A stretch of 55,914 nucleotides of DNA from a virus (taxonomy: Duplodnaviria; Caudoviricetes): positions 1 to 55,914 of the IMG/VR virus record IMGVR_UViG_3300046010_005980; one strand, 5' to 3'. Numbering within the stretch: position 1 is the stretch's first letter; the number at the start of each line of letters is the position of its first letter. Under the pieces are notes generated by a model. That model was not told where the DNA came from. It made no database searches and worked only from the letters and a program-made list of their open reading frames with translations. Shown here one piece after another: positions 24,456 to 34,649 of this stretch. Position numbers and translations under genes: made by a program.

Positions 24456-25928
24456 ATGAGTCTCGAAACACTTCCAGAAGCAGCCCTCAAAGAGCTGCTT
24501 CTGCTGACAGAAGCGAAAAAGAGGCTGGACCTGCGCGATAAGGCGCAGGACAGCTTCATGGCGTTTGCCCACCACGTCTACGAGAACTTTATCGAGGGCC
24601 GACACCACCGAATCATTGCCGAAAAGCTCGAGCGCGTGGCGCGCGGGGAGCTGAAGCGGTTGATCATCAACATGCCGCCTCGTCACTCGAAGTCGGAGTT
24701 CGCCTCGTTCCTGATGCCTGCGTGGTTCTTGGGCCGGAACCCGAAGCTCAAAATCATTCAGGCCACGCACAACACCGAGCTTGCCGTCCGGTTTGGCCGC
24801 AAGGTCCGAGACCTGATTGACGACCCCAAGTACAAAGAGATTTTCCCCAAGACGAACCTGAAGGAAGACTCGAAGTCCGCGGGCCGATGGCAGACGGACC
24901 ATCTCGGCGAGTACTTTGCGGCCGGTGTTGGCGCAGCTGTGACAGGTCGCGGCGCGGACCTTTTCATCATCGACGATCCGCACTCCGAACAGGACGCCTT
25001 GTCCGACACGGCGTTTGATCACGCCTACGAATGGTACACCTCTGGCCCCCGTCAGCGTCTGCAGCCCGGCGGCGCGATCATCGTCGTTATGACCCGCTGG
25101 GGGAAGAAGGACCTGACCGGCCGCCTGATACAGGCACAGGGCTCGGACATCATGTCGGACCAGTGGGAGGTCGTGGAGTTCCCGGCCATCATGCCGTCCG
25201 GAGACCCTCTCTGGCCGGAGTTCTGGGAGAAGAACGCCCTCCTGTCGATCAAGGCGTCGCTGCCTGCAGCCAAGTGGTCGGCACAGTGGCAGCAACAGCC
25301 AACGACATCTGACGCAGGCATCATCCGCAAGGACTGGTGGCGGATGTGGGAGAAAGAGGATGTTCCTCGTCTGGACTACATCCTTCAGGCCTACGATACG
25401 GCCTTCTCGAAGAAGGAGAGCGCCGACTATTCGGCGATCACCACGTGGGGAATCTTCAAGCCGGAGATCGACGGGCCCGACAACATAATCCTTCTGGACG
25501 CCCAGAGGGGACGATGGAGCTTTCCGGAGCTAAAGCAGGTCGCTTTTGACGAGCACGAGTACTGGCAGCCTGATATGGTTCTTGTCGAAGCCAAGGCCAC
25601 AGGACAACCGCTCATCGACGAGTTGCGCCTGAAAAACATTCCTGCCCTCGGGTTCTCCCCGGGCGGCCGGGGCGGTGGCCGAGACAAGGTGAGCCGGATG
25701 CACATGGTCGCGCCGCTCTTTGAGGCGGGCATGGTCTGGGCCCCGGAGGCCAAGAGTTTCTCGGAAGATGTGATCGAAGAGGTGACCTCTTTTCCCAATG
25801 GCGATCACGACGACTTTTGTGATAGCATGACGCTGGCATTAATGCGTTTCCGTCAGGGTGGTTTTGTGGCACTTGAGGGCGAAGACGTAGGGGATGATCT
25901 TATCCCACGCAAACGGGAGTACTACTGA
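24456..25928 (+). CDS. terL: Terminase large subunit
   Basis: MPPRHSKS Walker A, IIDDP Walker B, DTAF...DYSA and FPNGDHDDFCD nuclease motifs. Confidence 0.95.
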   Translation: MSLETLPEAALKELLLLTEAKKRLDLRDKAQDSFMAFAHHVYENFIEGRHHRIIAEKLERVARGELKRLIINMPPRHSKSEFASFLMPAWFLGRNPKLKIIQATHNTELAVRFGRKVRDLIDDPKYKEIFPKTNLKEDSKSAGRWQTDHLGEYFAAGVGAAVTGRGADLFIIDDPHSEQDALSDTAFDHAYEWYTSGPRQRLQPGGAIIVVMTRWGKKDLTGRLIQAQGSDIMSDQWEVVEFPAIMPSGDPLWPEFWEKNALLSIKASLPAAKWSAQWQQQPTTSDAGIIRKDWWRMWEKEDVPRLDYILQAYDTAFSKKESADYSAITTWGIFKPEIDGPDNIILLDAQRGRWSFPELKQVAFDEHEYWQPDMVLVEAKATGQPLIDELRLKNIPALGFSPGGRGGGRDKVSRMHMVAPLFEAGMVWAPEAKSFSEDVIEEVTSFPNGDHDDFCDSMTLALMRFRQGGFVALEGEDVGDDLIPRKREYY

Positions 25929-28423
25929 TGGCTGTCGCACCTCGTATGGCAGGTTCTTTGACTGACCGCGGCTTTATGCAGGGCGGGATGGACGAAGGCG
26001 TTCCGGATGTCGAGTTCTCGATGCCGATGGCCGAGGACTTCTCTGGCGGCGCGGTTGTCACGGAAACGGACGACGGAGGCGCGACGGTGCAGGGCATGGC
26101 GGAGGTCCTCGCGGCGCTTGAGGCCGAGGTTCAAATCCCCCACGACGCCAACCTCGCAGAATATCTCGACGACGCGTACCTCGGCGAGATCGCGTCAGAC
26201 CTCACGGCCTTCTACGAAGACGACCTCCTGTCCCGGGAAGAGTGGGAAGAGGCCTACACCAATGGTCTGGACCTGCTTGGCGTCAAGACCATCGAGCGTA
26301 CTGAGCCCTTCCAAGGCGCGTCCGGCGTGACCCACCCTCTGATCTCCGAGTCGGTCACCCAGTTTCAGGCGCAGGCCTACAAAGAGCTTCTGCCCGCTGG
26401 CGGACCCGTCAAGACTGGCGTCATGGGTCTGAGGGACCCGGAGCGCGAGTCGCAGGCATCGCGCGTTCGGGACTTCATGAACTACCAGATCACCGACGTG
26501 ATGGAAGAGTACGATCCAGACATGGATCAGCTGCTGTTCTATCTCCCCCTCTCCGGCTCCTGCTTCAAGAAGGTGTACTGGGACGTCGGTCTGCAGCGGG
26601 CTGTGGCCAAGTTCATCCCGGCGCAGGACCTTGTCGTCCCCTACATGGCCACGGACTTGTACACAACGCCACGGGCCACGCACCGACTGCGGATGGACAA
26701 GAACGAAATCCGCAAGATGCAGGTTGCCGGGATGTACCGGGACATCGACCTGATCTCCAGCGACGAGCCTGTCGATCAGGTTCGCGAGAAGGTTGACGAG
26801 CTGCAGGGCACGTCTAAGACATACACCGACGACACCTACACGCTGCTCGAAATGCACGTGAACCTCGACCTTGAAGGCTTCGAGGACCTCGATCCTGAGG
26901 GAGAACCTACAGGAATCGAGCTTCCGTACATTGTCACCATTGACCGTGCCTCGTCCAAAATTCTGTCGATCCGCCGTAACTTTGAGGAGGGGACCGAGCT
27001 GGCCAAGAAGCGCCAGTACTTCGTCCACTACAAGTTCATGCCGGGTCTGGGCTTCTACGGCTTCGGTCTGATCCACATGATCGGCGGGCTCGGCCGCGCG
27101 GCGACGTCGATCCTCCGTCAGCTGATTGACGCCGGAACGCTGGCAAACCTCCCGGGTGGCTTTAAGGCCAAAGGTATCCGGGTTCGCAACAGCGACGAGC
27201 CTATCCGGCCGGGCGAGTTCCGCGACATCGACGCCCCCGGCGGAGACCTCCGCAACTCGATCATGCCTCTGCCGTACAAGGAGCCGAGCGCAACCTTGGC
27301 TCAGCTGCTTGGTAGCCTGATCGAAGCGGGTCGCCGCTTCGTCTCGCTGGCCGACGAAAAGACCAGCAACATGAACCAAGAGGCCCCTGTCGGGACCACT
27401 GTGGCCCTGCTGGAGCGCGGCACGAAGGTTATGTCGGCGATCCACAAACGCCTGCACTATGCCCAGAAGACCGAGTTCCGCATCCTCGCCCGCATCTTCG
27501 CGGACAACCTGCCGCAGGAATACCCCTACGAGGTTGCCGGGGCCGAGCGCACGGTGTTCGCGGCGGACTTCGACGACCGCATCGACGTGATCCCGGTCAG
27601 CGATCCGAACATCTTCTCGATGGCCCAGCGGGTTACTCTGGCCCAGACGCAGCTCCAACTTGCCCAGTCGGCCCCGCAACTGCACAACCTGCATGCCGCA
27701 TTCCGGCGCATGTATCAGGCGCTTGAGGTCCAGAACATCGAAGAGCTGCTGCCCGCCCCTCCGGAGCCGCAGCCGACGGACCCGGTCACCGAGAACGCCC
27801 GTATCCTAATGGGCGAACTGGCACAGGCCTTCCCTGATCAGCTGCACGACATCCACATCGCCCTTCATGTGGCCTTCATGAAGACCCCGCTGGTCTCCAC
27901 GTCGCCGACGGCGATGGGCGTGTTCTACGCCCACATCCTCGAGCACATTGCGCTCAAGGCCCGCAACGACGTTCAGGCCCAGATCATGCAGCTCATGGAA
28001 AGCGCGGAGGCGCAAGCGATGGCTGGACGGGCCAACCCGCAGCTGGTGCAGCAGATGCTCATGCAGGCGCAGCAGCAGATGCAGGACCCGGCCCAGATCG
28101 AGCAGCTTGTCGCAATTCGTCAGAAAGAGCTGATGGACGAGCTGCTGCCGATGATCTCGCCGCAGGGCCCTGATCCGATGGCCGACCCGTTGGTGATGAT
28201 CCGCATGCGGGAACTCGAGTTGAAGGGCAAGACCGAAGAGCGCAAGACCGAGATGGAGAAGGCGCAGCTTTTGCTGGACGCCGCCAATCAGAAGCAGCGC
28301 GCCACCACCGACGCCGCCCGTCTTGAGCTGCAGGAGCAGATCGCGGACGAGCGCAACGAGGTCAATCGTGAACGGATCGAGGTCCAACGACAGTCGTCCG
28401 CAGCAAAACAGAGGGCCTTCTGA
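25928..28423 (+). CDS. Portal protein
   Basis: 831 aa directly after TerL; [41 protein letters not shown] motifs. Confidence 0.88.
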   Translation: MAVAPRMAGSLTDRGFMQGGMDEGVPDVEFSMPMAEDFSGGAVVTETDDGGATVQGMAEVLAALEAEVQIPHDANLAEYLDDAYLGEIASDLTAFYEDDLLSREEWEEAYTNGLDLLGVKTIERTEPFQGASGVTHPLISESVTQFQAQAYKELLPAGGPVKTGVMGLRDPERESQASRVRDFMNYQITDVMEEYDPDMDQLLFYLPLSGSCFKKVYWDVGLQRAVAKFIPAQDLVVPYMATDLYTTPRATHRLRMDKNEIRKMQVAGMYRDIDLISSDEPVDQVREKVDELQGTSKTYTDDTYTLLEMHVNLDLEGFEDLDPEGEPTGIELPYIVTIDRASSKILSIRRNFEEGTELAKKRQYFVHYKFMPGLGFYGFGLIHMIGGLGRAATSILRQLIDAGTLANLPGGFKAKGIRVRNSDEPIRPGEFRDIDAPGGDLRNSIMPLPYKEPSATLAQLLGSLIEAGRRFVSLADEKTSNMNQEAPVGTTVALLERGTKVMSAIHKRLHYAQKTEFRILARIFADNLPQEYPYEVAGAERTVFAADFDDRIDVIPVSDPNIFSMAQRVTLAQTQLQLAQSAPQLHNLHAAFRRMYQALEVQNIEELLPAPPEPQPTDPVTENARILMGELAQAFPDQLHDIHIALHVAFMKTPLVSTSPTAMGVFYAHILEHIALKARNDVQAQIMQLMESAEAQAMAGRANPQLVQQMLMQAQQQMQDPAQIEQLVAIRQKELMDELLPMISPQGPDPMADPLVMIRMRELELKGKTEERKTEMEKAQLLLDAANQKQRATTDAARLELQEQIADERNEVNRERIEVQRQSSAAKQRAF

Positions 28424-28620
28424 TGCCGCTAAAGTCCGGGAAATCGCAAAAGACGGTGTCGTCGAACATCAGCATGTTGGTCAAAGAAGGCCGTCCGCAG
28501 AAGCAGGCAGTGGCCATCGCCTTGTCGAAAGCGGGCAAGAAACGCTACGCCCAAGGCGGAATGGTCAACAGCCGCTTCAGCGACGCCGCTCGTCCGCAGC
28601 GTTTCCTCGGCGTTTTCTGA
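28423..28620 (+). CDS. Small basic late protein
   Basis: [16 protein letters not shown]...[12 protein letters not shown]; YAQGGMV; ends RFLGVF. Confidence 0.75.
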   Translation: MPLKSGKSQKTVSSNISMLVKEGRPQKQAVAIALSKAGKKRYAQGGMVNSRFSDAARPQRFLGVF

Positions 28621-28676
28621 GGTGACAGTCAGGCACTTTCATGCGATGAACAAAAAACTTATGGGGAGGTTCTTGC

Positions 28677-28889
28677 ATGGATGTTGTTAGCTTGTCGAAA
28701 GCGCTGTATAAGTCCTTACGGGAGCGCGAAAACGACATCGTCGAGATGGTCGCGACGGGCTCTCCCGCGAACTGGGAGCAGTACCAGAGCATGGTTGGCG
28801 AGATACGGGGCCTCGCTTTTGCCAGAGAAGAACTTCGAGCCCTGCTGGAGAGAACGACAGAAGATGCCTTCGAAGCTTTATCTTCCTGA
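28677..28889 (+). CDS. Conserved small protein upstream of GroES
   Basis: GGAGG RBS; W..Y...VGEIRGL motif. Confidence 0.7.
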   Translation: MDVVSLSKALYKSLRERENDIVEMVATGSPANWEQYQSMVGEIRGLAFAREELRALLERTTEDAFEALSS

Positions 28890-29346
28890 CCACTTAGTGG
28901 AACGCATTAACAAGACCAAGGCGGACAGTGAGCCCGTATCTGCTCAGTCCGCCTACGTCAAACCCGAGGAACGCGTCCTCGACCCCGAGCTCATCGAAAA
29001 GCCCTTGGTAGACCGCCTGCCCCAGCCGACAGGTTGGAGGATTTTGGTCATGCCGTACAAGGGCAAGGCCAAGACTGACGGAGGCCTGATCCTGCCTGAT
29101 CAGGTGCGCGAACGCGAAGCGCTTGCCACGGTCGTGGCCTACGTCATGCGCTTGGGGCCTCTGGCCTACAAGGACCCCAACAAGTTTGGCGACAACGCGA
29201 CCCCATGGTGCCAAGAAGGCCAGTGGGTCTGCATCGGCCGATATGCCGGTTCGCGGTTCAAGATCGACGGAGGCGAGGTTCGCATCATCAATGACGATGA
29301 GATCATCGCAACCATCCTTGAGCCTGACGACGTACAACATGTGTGA
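28864..29346 (+). CDS. groES: Co-chaperonin GroES-like protein
   Basis: PTGWRILV, KTDGGLILP, VMRLGP.AY, RIINDDEI.A motifs. Confidence 0.88.
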   Translation: MPSKLYLPDHLVERINKTKADSEPVSAQSAYVKPEERVLDPELIEKPLVDRLPQPTGWRILVMPYKGKAKTDGGLILPDQVREREALATVVAYVMRLGPLAYKDPNKFGDNATPWCQEGQWVCIGRYAGSRFKIDGGEVRIINDDEIIATILEPDDVQHV

Positions 29347-29354
29347 GGAATGAC

Positions 29355-30212
29355 ATGAGCACAGAGAACGAAGAGGACCTCGGCACCGAGATCATCGTTG
29401 AGACCGATGCCCCTGCGGAAGGCCAGACCACTCAGTCATCGGCTGATGACGATGATGAGCTTTCGTCGTACAGCACCAAGGTCCAGACCCGGATCAGTCG
29501 GATTACCGAGAAGTACCGCAAAGAGCAGCGGGACCGGGAGGAGGCCACTCGCGTAGCCCAGAAGCTTCTGGAGGAAAACCAGCAGCTCAAGAGCCGCGTT
29601 CAGGCGCTCGACACTGGTTATCTGTCGGAGTACGGCGCTCGACTGGAGCACCAAGAGCATCTGGTCAAGGGCGCGTACCGCGTGGCCTATGAATCCGGCG
29701 ACTCTGACGCAATGCTTGCGGCGCAGGAGGACCTTTCCAAGATCGTCTTGGAGAAGCAGCGCTACGCCACTGCCAAGCAGCGGTCTGAGGCGTCGGCCAA
29801 CGCGCAGCGGGTCGAACGGGAGACCCCTGTTCAGACGCAGCAAGCGGCCCCTCAGGTCAAGCCCGACCCCAAAGCACAGGGCTGGGCTGAGAAAAACAAG
29901 TGGTTTGGCGAAGACCGCATCATGACGACTGCGGCAATCGCCATCCACCAGACGCTCGTCGAGGACGAAGGCTTTGACCCGAGCTCGAATGAGTACTATA
30001 CTGAGATCGACCGCAGGCTTCGTTCGGAATTTCCGCAGAAGTTCGCGGCCAGAAAACCGGGTGGAGGAAGTCAGGTCGCACCTGCTGGCAACTCCGCATC
30101 CCGCAGCACGACACAGGAGCGCCGAACAGTGAGGTTGACCCCTTCTCAGGTCGCTATCGCGAAACGGCTGAACGTTCCGCTGGAAGAATACGCCAAGTAC
30201 GTGAAGGATTGA
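29355..30212 (+). CDS. Putative capsid scaffolding protein
   Basis: Acidic coiled-coil upstream of the capsid genes; C-terminal VRLTPSQVAIAKRLNVPLEEYAK. Confidence 0.7.
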   Translation: MSTENEEDLGTEIIVETDAPAEGQTTQSSADDDDELSSYSTKVQTRISRITEKYRKEQRDREEATRVAQKLLEENQQLKSRVQALDTGYLSEYGARLEHQEHLVKGAYRVAYESGDSDAMLAAQEDLSKIVLEKQRYATAKQRSEASANAQRVERETPVQTQQAAPQVKPDPKAQGWAEKNKWFGEDRIMTTAAIAIHQTLVEDEGFDPSSNEYYTEIDRRLRSEFPQKFAARKPGGGSQVAPAGNSASRSTTQERRTVRLTPSQVAIAKRLNVPLEEYAKYVKD

Positions 30213-30216
30213 GAGA

Positions 30217-30669
30217 ATGGACCGCACACCACGCACTGCTGATACCCGCGCGACTGAGTCTCGCCGTAAGCCTTGGGCTCCTCCGAGTGTCCTTGACGCC
30301 CCCGCCCCCGCTGAAGGATACAAGCACCGCTGGGTGCGCGCGTCCATCCGGGGAGAGGAAGACAAGGGCAATGTGTTCAACCGTCTGCGTCAGGGCTATG
30401 AGCCCGTTCGCGCGGAAGAGCACCCGGACTACCAAGCGCCCACCATTGAAGACGGCAAACATGCCGGAGTCATTGGGAACGGCGGTTTGATTCTGACTCG
30501 CGTCCCTGTCGAGACAGCCCACGAAAGAACCGAATTTTACGGGAACCGGACCCGCGAACAGATGGCTGCTGTGGATCAGGACTTGATGAAAGAGCAACAC
30601 CCTTCGATGCCGATTAACCAACAGCGGCAGAGCAGGGTATCTTTTGGCGGACGAAAATCGTCCGACTGA
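30217..30669 (+). CDS. Conserved head-module protein
   Basis: WAPPSVLDAP...GYKHRWVR...GYE.VR...GGLIL motifs. Confidence 0.7.
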   Translation: MDRTPRTADTRATESRRKPWAPPSVLDAPAPAEGYKHRWVRASIRGEEDKGNVFNRLRQGYEPVRAEEHPDYQAPTIEDGKHAGVIGNGGLILTRVPVETAHERTEFYGNRTREQMAAVDQDLMKEQHPSMPINQQRQSRVSFGGRKSSD

Positions 30670-30684
30670 TAAGGAGCAACGTCT

Positions 30685-31302
30685 ATGCCTAACTCTTCTG
30701 GTGCGTTCGGGCTTCGCCCGATCAACCTCGCGGGTGGCGCTCCCAACAGCCAAGGTACGAACGCGTACTTTATCGCTTCGGGCGCTTCTGCGATCTACAA
30801 CGGTTCCCCGGTCATCGCGGTCAATGGCGGCGATATCGCCATCACTGGCTCGGCCTCCGGCGACACCTACAAACACCTCGGCGTATTCGCAGGCTGCGAG
30901 TATGTCTCGTCCGTGACTGGAAAGAAAACTTGGTCGAACTACTGGCCCGGTTCCGGCGCGAACACCAACTTCGACATCGTTGGGTATGTCTATGACAACC
31001 CGACCCAGCGGTTTACGATTGCCACCGACGCGTCGTTCACCAACCGGGCCACGGCTCGTGCGGCGATCTTCGAGAACACCCAGTTCGACTCGGGCACTTC
31101 GGGCTCGACCACCACGGGTCAATCGTCGGCAGCCATGGATGTCGCCACGCTCGATGCTTCGAACGCGTCGCTTCCGCTCAAGATTCTCGGCATCTACGAT
31201 GATCCGACCAGCCAAGACTTCGCGGCTGCAGGCATCCAGATGATCGTGATGTTCAACAACCATGCACTCCTTCAGGCTGATTCTGAAGGCACGGTGGCAT
31301 AA
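30685..31302 (+). CDS. Putative capsid decoration/minor capsid protein
   Basis: FGLRP N-terminus, GVF.GCEY; directly before the major capsid gene. Confidence 0.65.
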   Translation: MPNSSGAFGLRPINLAGGAPNSQGTNAYFIASGASAIYNGSPVIAVNGGDIAITGSASGDTYKHLGVFAGCEYVSSVTGKKTWSNYWPGSGANTNFDIVGYVYDNPTQRFTIATDASFTNRATARAAIFENTQFDSGTSGSTTTGQSSAAMDVATLDASNASLPLKILGIYDDPTSQDFAAAGIQMIVMFNNHALLQADSEGTVA

Positions 31303-31315
31303 GGAGACCTGACCA

Positions 31316-32227
31316 ATGGCAATTTCGCGCGCACAACTTGCGAAAGAGCTTGAGCCCGGTCTCAATGCTCTGTTCGGCATGGAGTATGCTCGGTATGAAA
31401 ACCAGCATGCTGAAATCTTCACCACCGAGTCCTCGGATCGTGCATTCGAGGAAGAGGTTATGCTGTCCGGTTTTGGAGCAGCACCGACCAAATCGGAAGG
31501 CTCGGGCATCTCGTATGACGATGCACAGGAAGCCTACACCGCTCGGTACAACCACGAGACCATCGCACTGGCCTTCTCGATCACCGAGGAAGCCATCGAG
31601 GACAACCTGTACGACCGCCTCGGCAGCCGTTACACCCGTGCCCTCGCCCGTTCGATGGCTCACACCAAGCAGGTGAAAGCCGCCTCGATCCTGAACAGCG
31701 CCTTCACTGGCGGTGCGACGGCTGGCGGCGACGGCGTGGCTCTCTGCGCCACCAACCACCCGCTGGTCAACGGCTCGACCTTCGCCAACAAGCCGACCAC
31801 CGACGCCGACCTGAACGAAACCTCGCTCGAGGACGCTCTGATCAGCATCGCTGGCTTCGTTGACGAACGCGGTCTGAAGGTCGCTCTGCGCGGCACGAAG
31901 TTGGTGATTCCTCGCCAGCTGCAGTTCGTTGCAGAACGCCTGATGGTGTCGAACCTCCGCGTCGGCACCGCCGACAACGACGTGAACGCCATCCGCTCGA
32001 TGGGCATGCTGCCGGAAGGTTATGTGGTCAACGACTTCCTAACCGACCCGGACGCCTACTTCATCAAGACGGACGCACCGCGCGGCTTCATCCACTTCCA
32101 GCGCACCGCGCTGAGCACTGGCATGGAAGCTGACTTCGACACCGGCAACATGCGCTACAAGAGCCGTGAACGTTACAGCTTCGGATTTTCTGATCCGCGT
32201 TGCGTGTTCGGAACCACTGGCGCTTGA
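31316..32227 (+). CDS. Major capsid protein
   Basis: MAISRAQLAKELEPGLNALFG...SDRAFEEEV...DFDTGN.RYK.RERYSFG.SDPR; strong RBS; terminator follows. Confidence 0.9.
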   Translation: MAISRAQLAKELEPGLNALFGMEYARYENQHAEIFTTESSDRAFEEEVMLSGFGAAPTKSEGSGISYDDAQEAYTARYNHETIALAFSITEEAIEDNLYDRLGSRYTRALARSMAHTKQVKAASILNSAFTGGATAGGDGVALCATNHPLVNGSTFANKPTTDADLNETSLEDALISIAGFVDERGLKVALRGTKLVIPRQLQFVAERLMVSNLRVGTADNDVNAIRSMGMLPEGYVVNDFLTDPDAYFIKTDAPRGFIHFQRTALSTGMEADFDTGNMRYKSRERYSFGFSDPRCVFGTTGA

Positions 32228-32248
32228 TCTGATCGAGCACCAAGTTTT

Positions 32249-32280
32249 AAAGGGCGGGGGAAACCTCGCCCTTTTAGTTT
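32249..32280 (+). terminator. Intrinsic terminator after major capsid gene
   Basis: AAAGGGCGGGG-GAAA-CCTCGCCCTTT-TAGTTT. Confidence 0.8.
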
Positions 32281-32328
32281 GCGTTTACATTAAGTCTGTG
32301 TCATTTTGGACCCGAAGGAGTGTTGAGT

Positions 32329-32925
32329 ATGCCATACAGCAGAGATCAGGCCGGTATCTACGTGATACGGAACAACACCACAGGCAAGGGCTATGTGGGC
32401 CAATCTGCGCGCATGAAGAAGCGTATCGCGGACCATTTAAACCTCCTGCGTCGAGGTGTGCACCCCAACCCGCATCTACAGAACGCTTTTTTAAAGTATG
32501 GGGCGCATGCTTTTAGCCATAGTTTTGAGGTTGTCTGTGAGGACCCGTCCGAGCTCGACGCTTTGGAAGAAGCCTTCCTGACTGGAGACGCGGTGTTCGA
32601 TGAAACGCCTGTCTACTACAACGTTTCCAAAACAGCGCATGTCCCCATGCGTGGTAAAAACCACTCCGACGAGACCAAGAAACGCATTAGCGGGTCCAAA
32701 AAGGGGAACGTTTCACACGTTACCCCTGAGTACCGCAAGGCGCTGTGTGAGGGGCAGCTGAGACGGGTTTTGTCGGACCCGGATAGGCTTGCAAAAATCC
32801 TCTATATAGTCGACAATCCACACATGACCTATGCGGCGCGCGGTCGTGCTGTAGGGACGGATACAAGCTCCGCCAGAAAAATTGCGCTTCGCTACACCCC
32901 GCTAAAGGAGAAACTCCGTGGCTAA
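32329..32925 (+). CDS. Free-standing GIY-YIG homing endonuclease with NUMOD3 motif
   Basis: GIYVIRN...YVGQS...R...H...L...HPN..LQ; MRGKNHSDETKKRIS. Confidence 0.88.
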   Translation: MPYSRDQAGIYVIRNNTTGKGYVGQSARMKKRIADHLNLLRRGVHPNPHLQNAFLKYGAHAFSHSFEVVCEDPSELDALEEAFLTGDAVFDETPVYYNVSKTAHVPMRGKNHSDETKKRISGSKKGNVSHVTPEYRKALCEGQLRRVLSDPDRLAKILYIVDNPHMTYAARGRAVGTDTSSARKIALRYTPLKEKLRG

Positions 32926-33517
32926 TACAAACTTCTCGGGTCCCGTCCGTTCGCAAAACGGCTTCCAGACCATCTCCGTCAACCCCACCACTGGCGCTGA
33001 AACCCTCACCGGCTCGTTCGGCTTCGGCATCGCAAACCCCGCAGGCGCTGGCATCACTGCTGGTACGGGTACGGTCTACGAAACCTCCGTTGCCCGCAAC
33101 AACGGCATCGTAACCACCTCGATCATGATCGACCTTACCGGCCTAAACTCTGGCGGTACGGCTGGTGACATCATTGGAACCAATGGGTCGGCGACACCCT
33201 CTTTTATTGCCCGAATCACGGCAGAAAACAATGGCACGGTCTTCGGTGTTCGTATGACCTGCTATGAGCTCCCAGCTGGCGGCGACACTGACATCGACCT
33301 GTACTCGGCCACCGAAGGAACGGGCACCGAAGACAGCGCTATTAGCGCGCTGACTGAGACTCAGATCATCAACTCCGGAACCTTGGCGCTTGGCTCGGCT
33401 GTCTATGGCACCGACATCGCTGCCAACCAGTACCTCTACCTCGTTGGTCAGGGCACCGCTAACGCAATCTACACCGCGGGTCGTCTGCTGATCGAAATCT
33501 TCGGCTACGACGCCTAA
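32918..33517 (+). CDS. Virion structural protein
   Basis: MANTNFSGPVRS.NGF N-terminus; G/T/A-rich beta-type composition. Confidence 0.7.
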   Translation: MANTNFSGPVRSQNGFQTISVNPTTGAETLTGSFGFGIANPAGAGITAGTGTVYETSVARNNGIVTTSIMIDLTGLNSGGTAGDIIGTNGSATPSFIARITAENNGTVFGVRMTCYELPAGGDTDIDLYSATEGTGTEDSAISALTETQIINSGTLALGSAVYGTDIAANQYLYLVGQGTANAIYTAGRLLIEIFGYDA

Positions 33518-33532
33518 TAGGAGCAGTATAAC

Positions 33533-34060
33533 ATGGGCGCGTCAGATATCCTTTCCGGACACCTCCACAGCAGCGGCTTTATCCGTAAGGCGAGAACCCG
33601 CATCAAGGCTTTCGACGTCGTTGGAACCAGCTCTGCGGGGATGCTGGAGTTCTGGGACACCACTGTCGCGCCCACCGCTGCCACTTATGGCCGGGCCGCG
33701 GCCGTAGTGACAGTGACCAGCGTTGGGCACGGCCTGAGAACAGGCGACGTTGTGGGCATCTCCTTTGAAGAAGCTTCCGGGGTCATCGCGACTCCCGGGA
33801 GCTACGTCATCACCGTAACGGGTAATGACACCTTCACGCTAACCGACATCAACAGCGGGACTATCGCCACCAGCACCGTCTGCCGTTATGTGTCCAACAA
33901 ACAGAATGGGTATAACGCCCGTTGGCTTGCCACCTATCACACTTCCGCCACGGACATCTTCTTCAATGGATTCAACCTTCCCGGCGAGGGTTTCCTCGCT
34001 CGGATTGGCGTGTACGTCTACGCGGAGAATCTGGACTCCATCAACGTCTACTACGGGTGA
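33533..34060 (+). CDS. Virion structural protein
   Basis: VTVT..GHGL.TGD.V beta module; AGGAG RBS. Confidence 0.65.
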   Translation: MGASDILSGHLHSSGFIRKARTRIKAFDVVGTSSAGMLEFWDTTVAPTAATYGRAAAVVTVTSVGHGLRTGDVVGISFEEASGVIATPGSYVITVTGNDTFTLTDINSGTIATSTVCRYVSNKQNGYNARWLATYHTSATDIFFNGFNLPGEGFLARIGVYVYAENLDSINVYYG

Positions 34061-34067
34061 CGATGCA

Positions 34068-34319
34068 ATGGCAAAGACCCCAGCGTGGACCCGTAAAGAA
34101 GGGAAGAACCCCGCTGGGGGCTTGAACGCCAAGGGCCGAGCTTCGGCGAAAACCCAAGGTATGAACCTGAAGCCCCCGGCTCCGAACCCGAAGACCAAGA
34201 AAGACGCCGCGCGGCGCAAGAGTTTCTGTGCCCGTATGGGCGGTATGCCCGGTCCAATGAAGAACGAGAAGGGCAAACCCACCCGCAAGGCCCTGTCACT
34301 TCGCGCATGGAATTGTTGA
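34068..34319 (+). CDS. Small basic conserved phage protein (DUF6321-like)
   Basis: PAWTRKEGKNP.GGLNAKGR...RRKSFCARM.GM...SLR.W.C. Confidence 0.75.
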   Translation: MAKTPAWTRKEGKNPAGGLNAKGRASAKTQGMNLKPPAPNPKTKKDAARRKSFCARMGGMPGPMKNEKGKPTRKALSLRAWNC

Positions 34320-34320
34320 C

Positions 34321-34524
34321 ATGAACCGCTCGAGTGTGTCCAAACAGATAGAGAACCCCGGAGGGAAGACGATGGCAAATCCCGGCTTGTATGCTAACAT
34401 CAACGCCAAGCGGAAGCGCATCGCCGCAGGTTCTGACGAGAAGATGCGGAAACCGGGAACCAAGGGCGCACCTACCGCGAAGGCCTTCCGGCAGTCCGCC
34501 AAAACAGCAAAGGGGAAGAAGTGA
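34321..34524 (+). CDS. Small basic conserved phage protein
   Basis: GLYANI.AKRKRI.AGS.EKMRKPG.KGAPT..AF..S.KTAK; alternative start at 34372. Confidence 0.7.
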   Translation: MNRSSVSKQIENPGGKTMANPGLYANINAKRKRIAAGSDEKMRKPGTKGAPTAKAFRQSAKTAKGKK

Positions 34525-34646
34525 TGAGCTACGGTAAAAAGGGCGGTAAAGGCTGCTCGGCCGACATGATCAGCCCGCGCAAAGCCATGGCCATGGGTAT
34601 GAAACCCTCCGGTGCCAAGAAGGGTACCAAGAAAGGCTCGAAGTAA
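34524..34646 (+). CDS. Very small K/G-rich protein (40 aa)
   Basis: Hand-translated MSYGKKGGKGCSADMISPRKAMAMG...KKGSK; TGATG coupling, fills the gap. Confidence 0.55.
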   Translation: MSYGKKGGKGCSADMISPRKAMAMGMKPSGAKKGTKKGSK

Positions 34647-34649
34647 GCC

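Noticed and set aside
23256-31509. Long minus-strand ORFs (679, 499, 314, 451 aa) over terL, portal and head genes
   Set aside because: Expected antisense open frames from strong GC3 codon bias.
32329-32925. Group I intron hosting the GIY-YIG (likewise for the HNH at 614-1048)
   Set aside because: Flanking genes are complete with their own starts and stops, and there is no room for intron core elements.
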